A stretch of 64,000 bases of DNA from Antedon mediterranea (lineage: Eukaryota; Animalia; Echinodermata), in the NCBI RefSeq assembly GCF_964355755.1, contig NC_092675.1:12271812-12335811 (forward strand), read 5' to 3'. Of the stretch, positions 63,546 to 64,000 are shown one piece after another. Position numbers and translations under genes: made by a program. The notes below the pieces were generated by a model. It was not told where the DNA came from. It saw only the letters and a list, made by a program, of their open reading frames with translations, and did no database searches. Within the stretch, counting starts at the first letter, position 1. Each line of letters opens with the position of its first letter.

Positions 63546-64000
63546 TTACTCAGTAGCTTCGGGGGCATGTGCTTCCTTGAGGTTCGGGTAGTATTTGGCA
63601 AGATGATCCATGTCGATGAATGTGCGAACATAACCATTTGCATCTATGTAACGCAATATGTCAAGGTGGAGCCAGGCCTTTACTTTGTTAGAATGCAGGT
63701 ATTTCATCGATGAGTATAATGCCTTTCTTCTACTTATCACTCTGCTGGTAAAATCATCATTTACGTAGATGTTATTATCTTTAAATTTAGGTCTCACTTT
63801 TGGAGCTGCCTTGCGTACTCTTTCTTTAGTGGAATATCTGAGAAAGTATGCAACAAGTGGTCTCGGTTTATCCCTGGTGGTATTACGTGGTCCAACTCGA
63901 TGGGCTCGTTGTATATCATCATTAGCGATTTTGATGCCGGTGGTATTGGAAATAAATGTGGAAAGGAAATTAACAGTACCTTCGCTATCCTCCGCTTGTT
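63546..64000 (-). CDS. C-terminal part of a second LINE ORF1 (runs off the window)
   Basis: Open frame IKIANDDIQRAHRVG...KPRPLVAYFLRY...NIYVNDDFTSRVISRRKAL...*. Confidence 0.8.
   Translation of the reverse strand, partial: QAEDSEGTVNFLSTFISNTTGIKIANDDIQRAHRVGPRNTTRDKPRPLVAYFLRYSTKERVRKAAPKVRPKFKDNNIYVNDDFTSRVISRRKALYSSMKYLHSNKVKAWLHLDILRYIDANGYVRTFIDMDHLAKYYPNLKEAHAPEATE

Overview
AT-rich eukaryotic (metazoan) DNA, probably from a marine invertebrate; an echinoderm is my guess from the AGGCCT-rich tracts and repeat types, and it is unverified. One host gene fragment is visible: the terminal coding exon (9440-10182, +) of an activin/inhibin-beta-type (9-Cys) TGF-beta ligand. Bases 1-9439 are probably its intron. 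The rest is mostly nested transposable elements: Helentron-associated (HINE-like) elements, a Penelope-like fragment with a minimal hammerhead ribozyme, Rex1/Babar, RTE, L2 and CR1-group LINEs, two BEL/Pao elements, a Gypsy element with 132-bp LTRs, and several TIR elements/MITEs. The most unusual object is a (TA)n-embedded tandem repeat whose ~310-390-bp unit carries a fully foldable tRNA cloverleaf with the atypical anticodon ATC and a Pol III terminator. The array has inverted partial units at both ends, lies next to the hammerhead fragment, and was later split by a self-nested HINE stack. Family assignments come from motif recognition only; no database searches were run.
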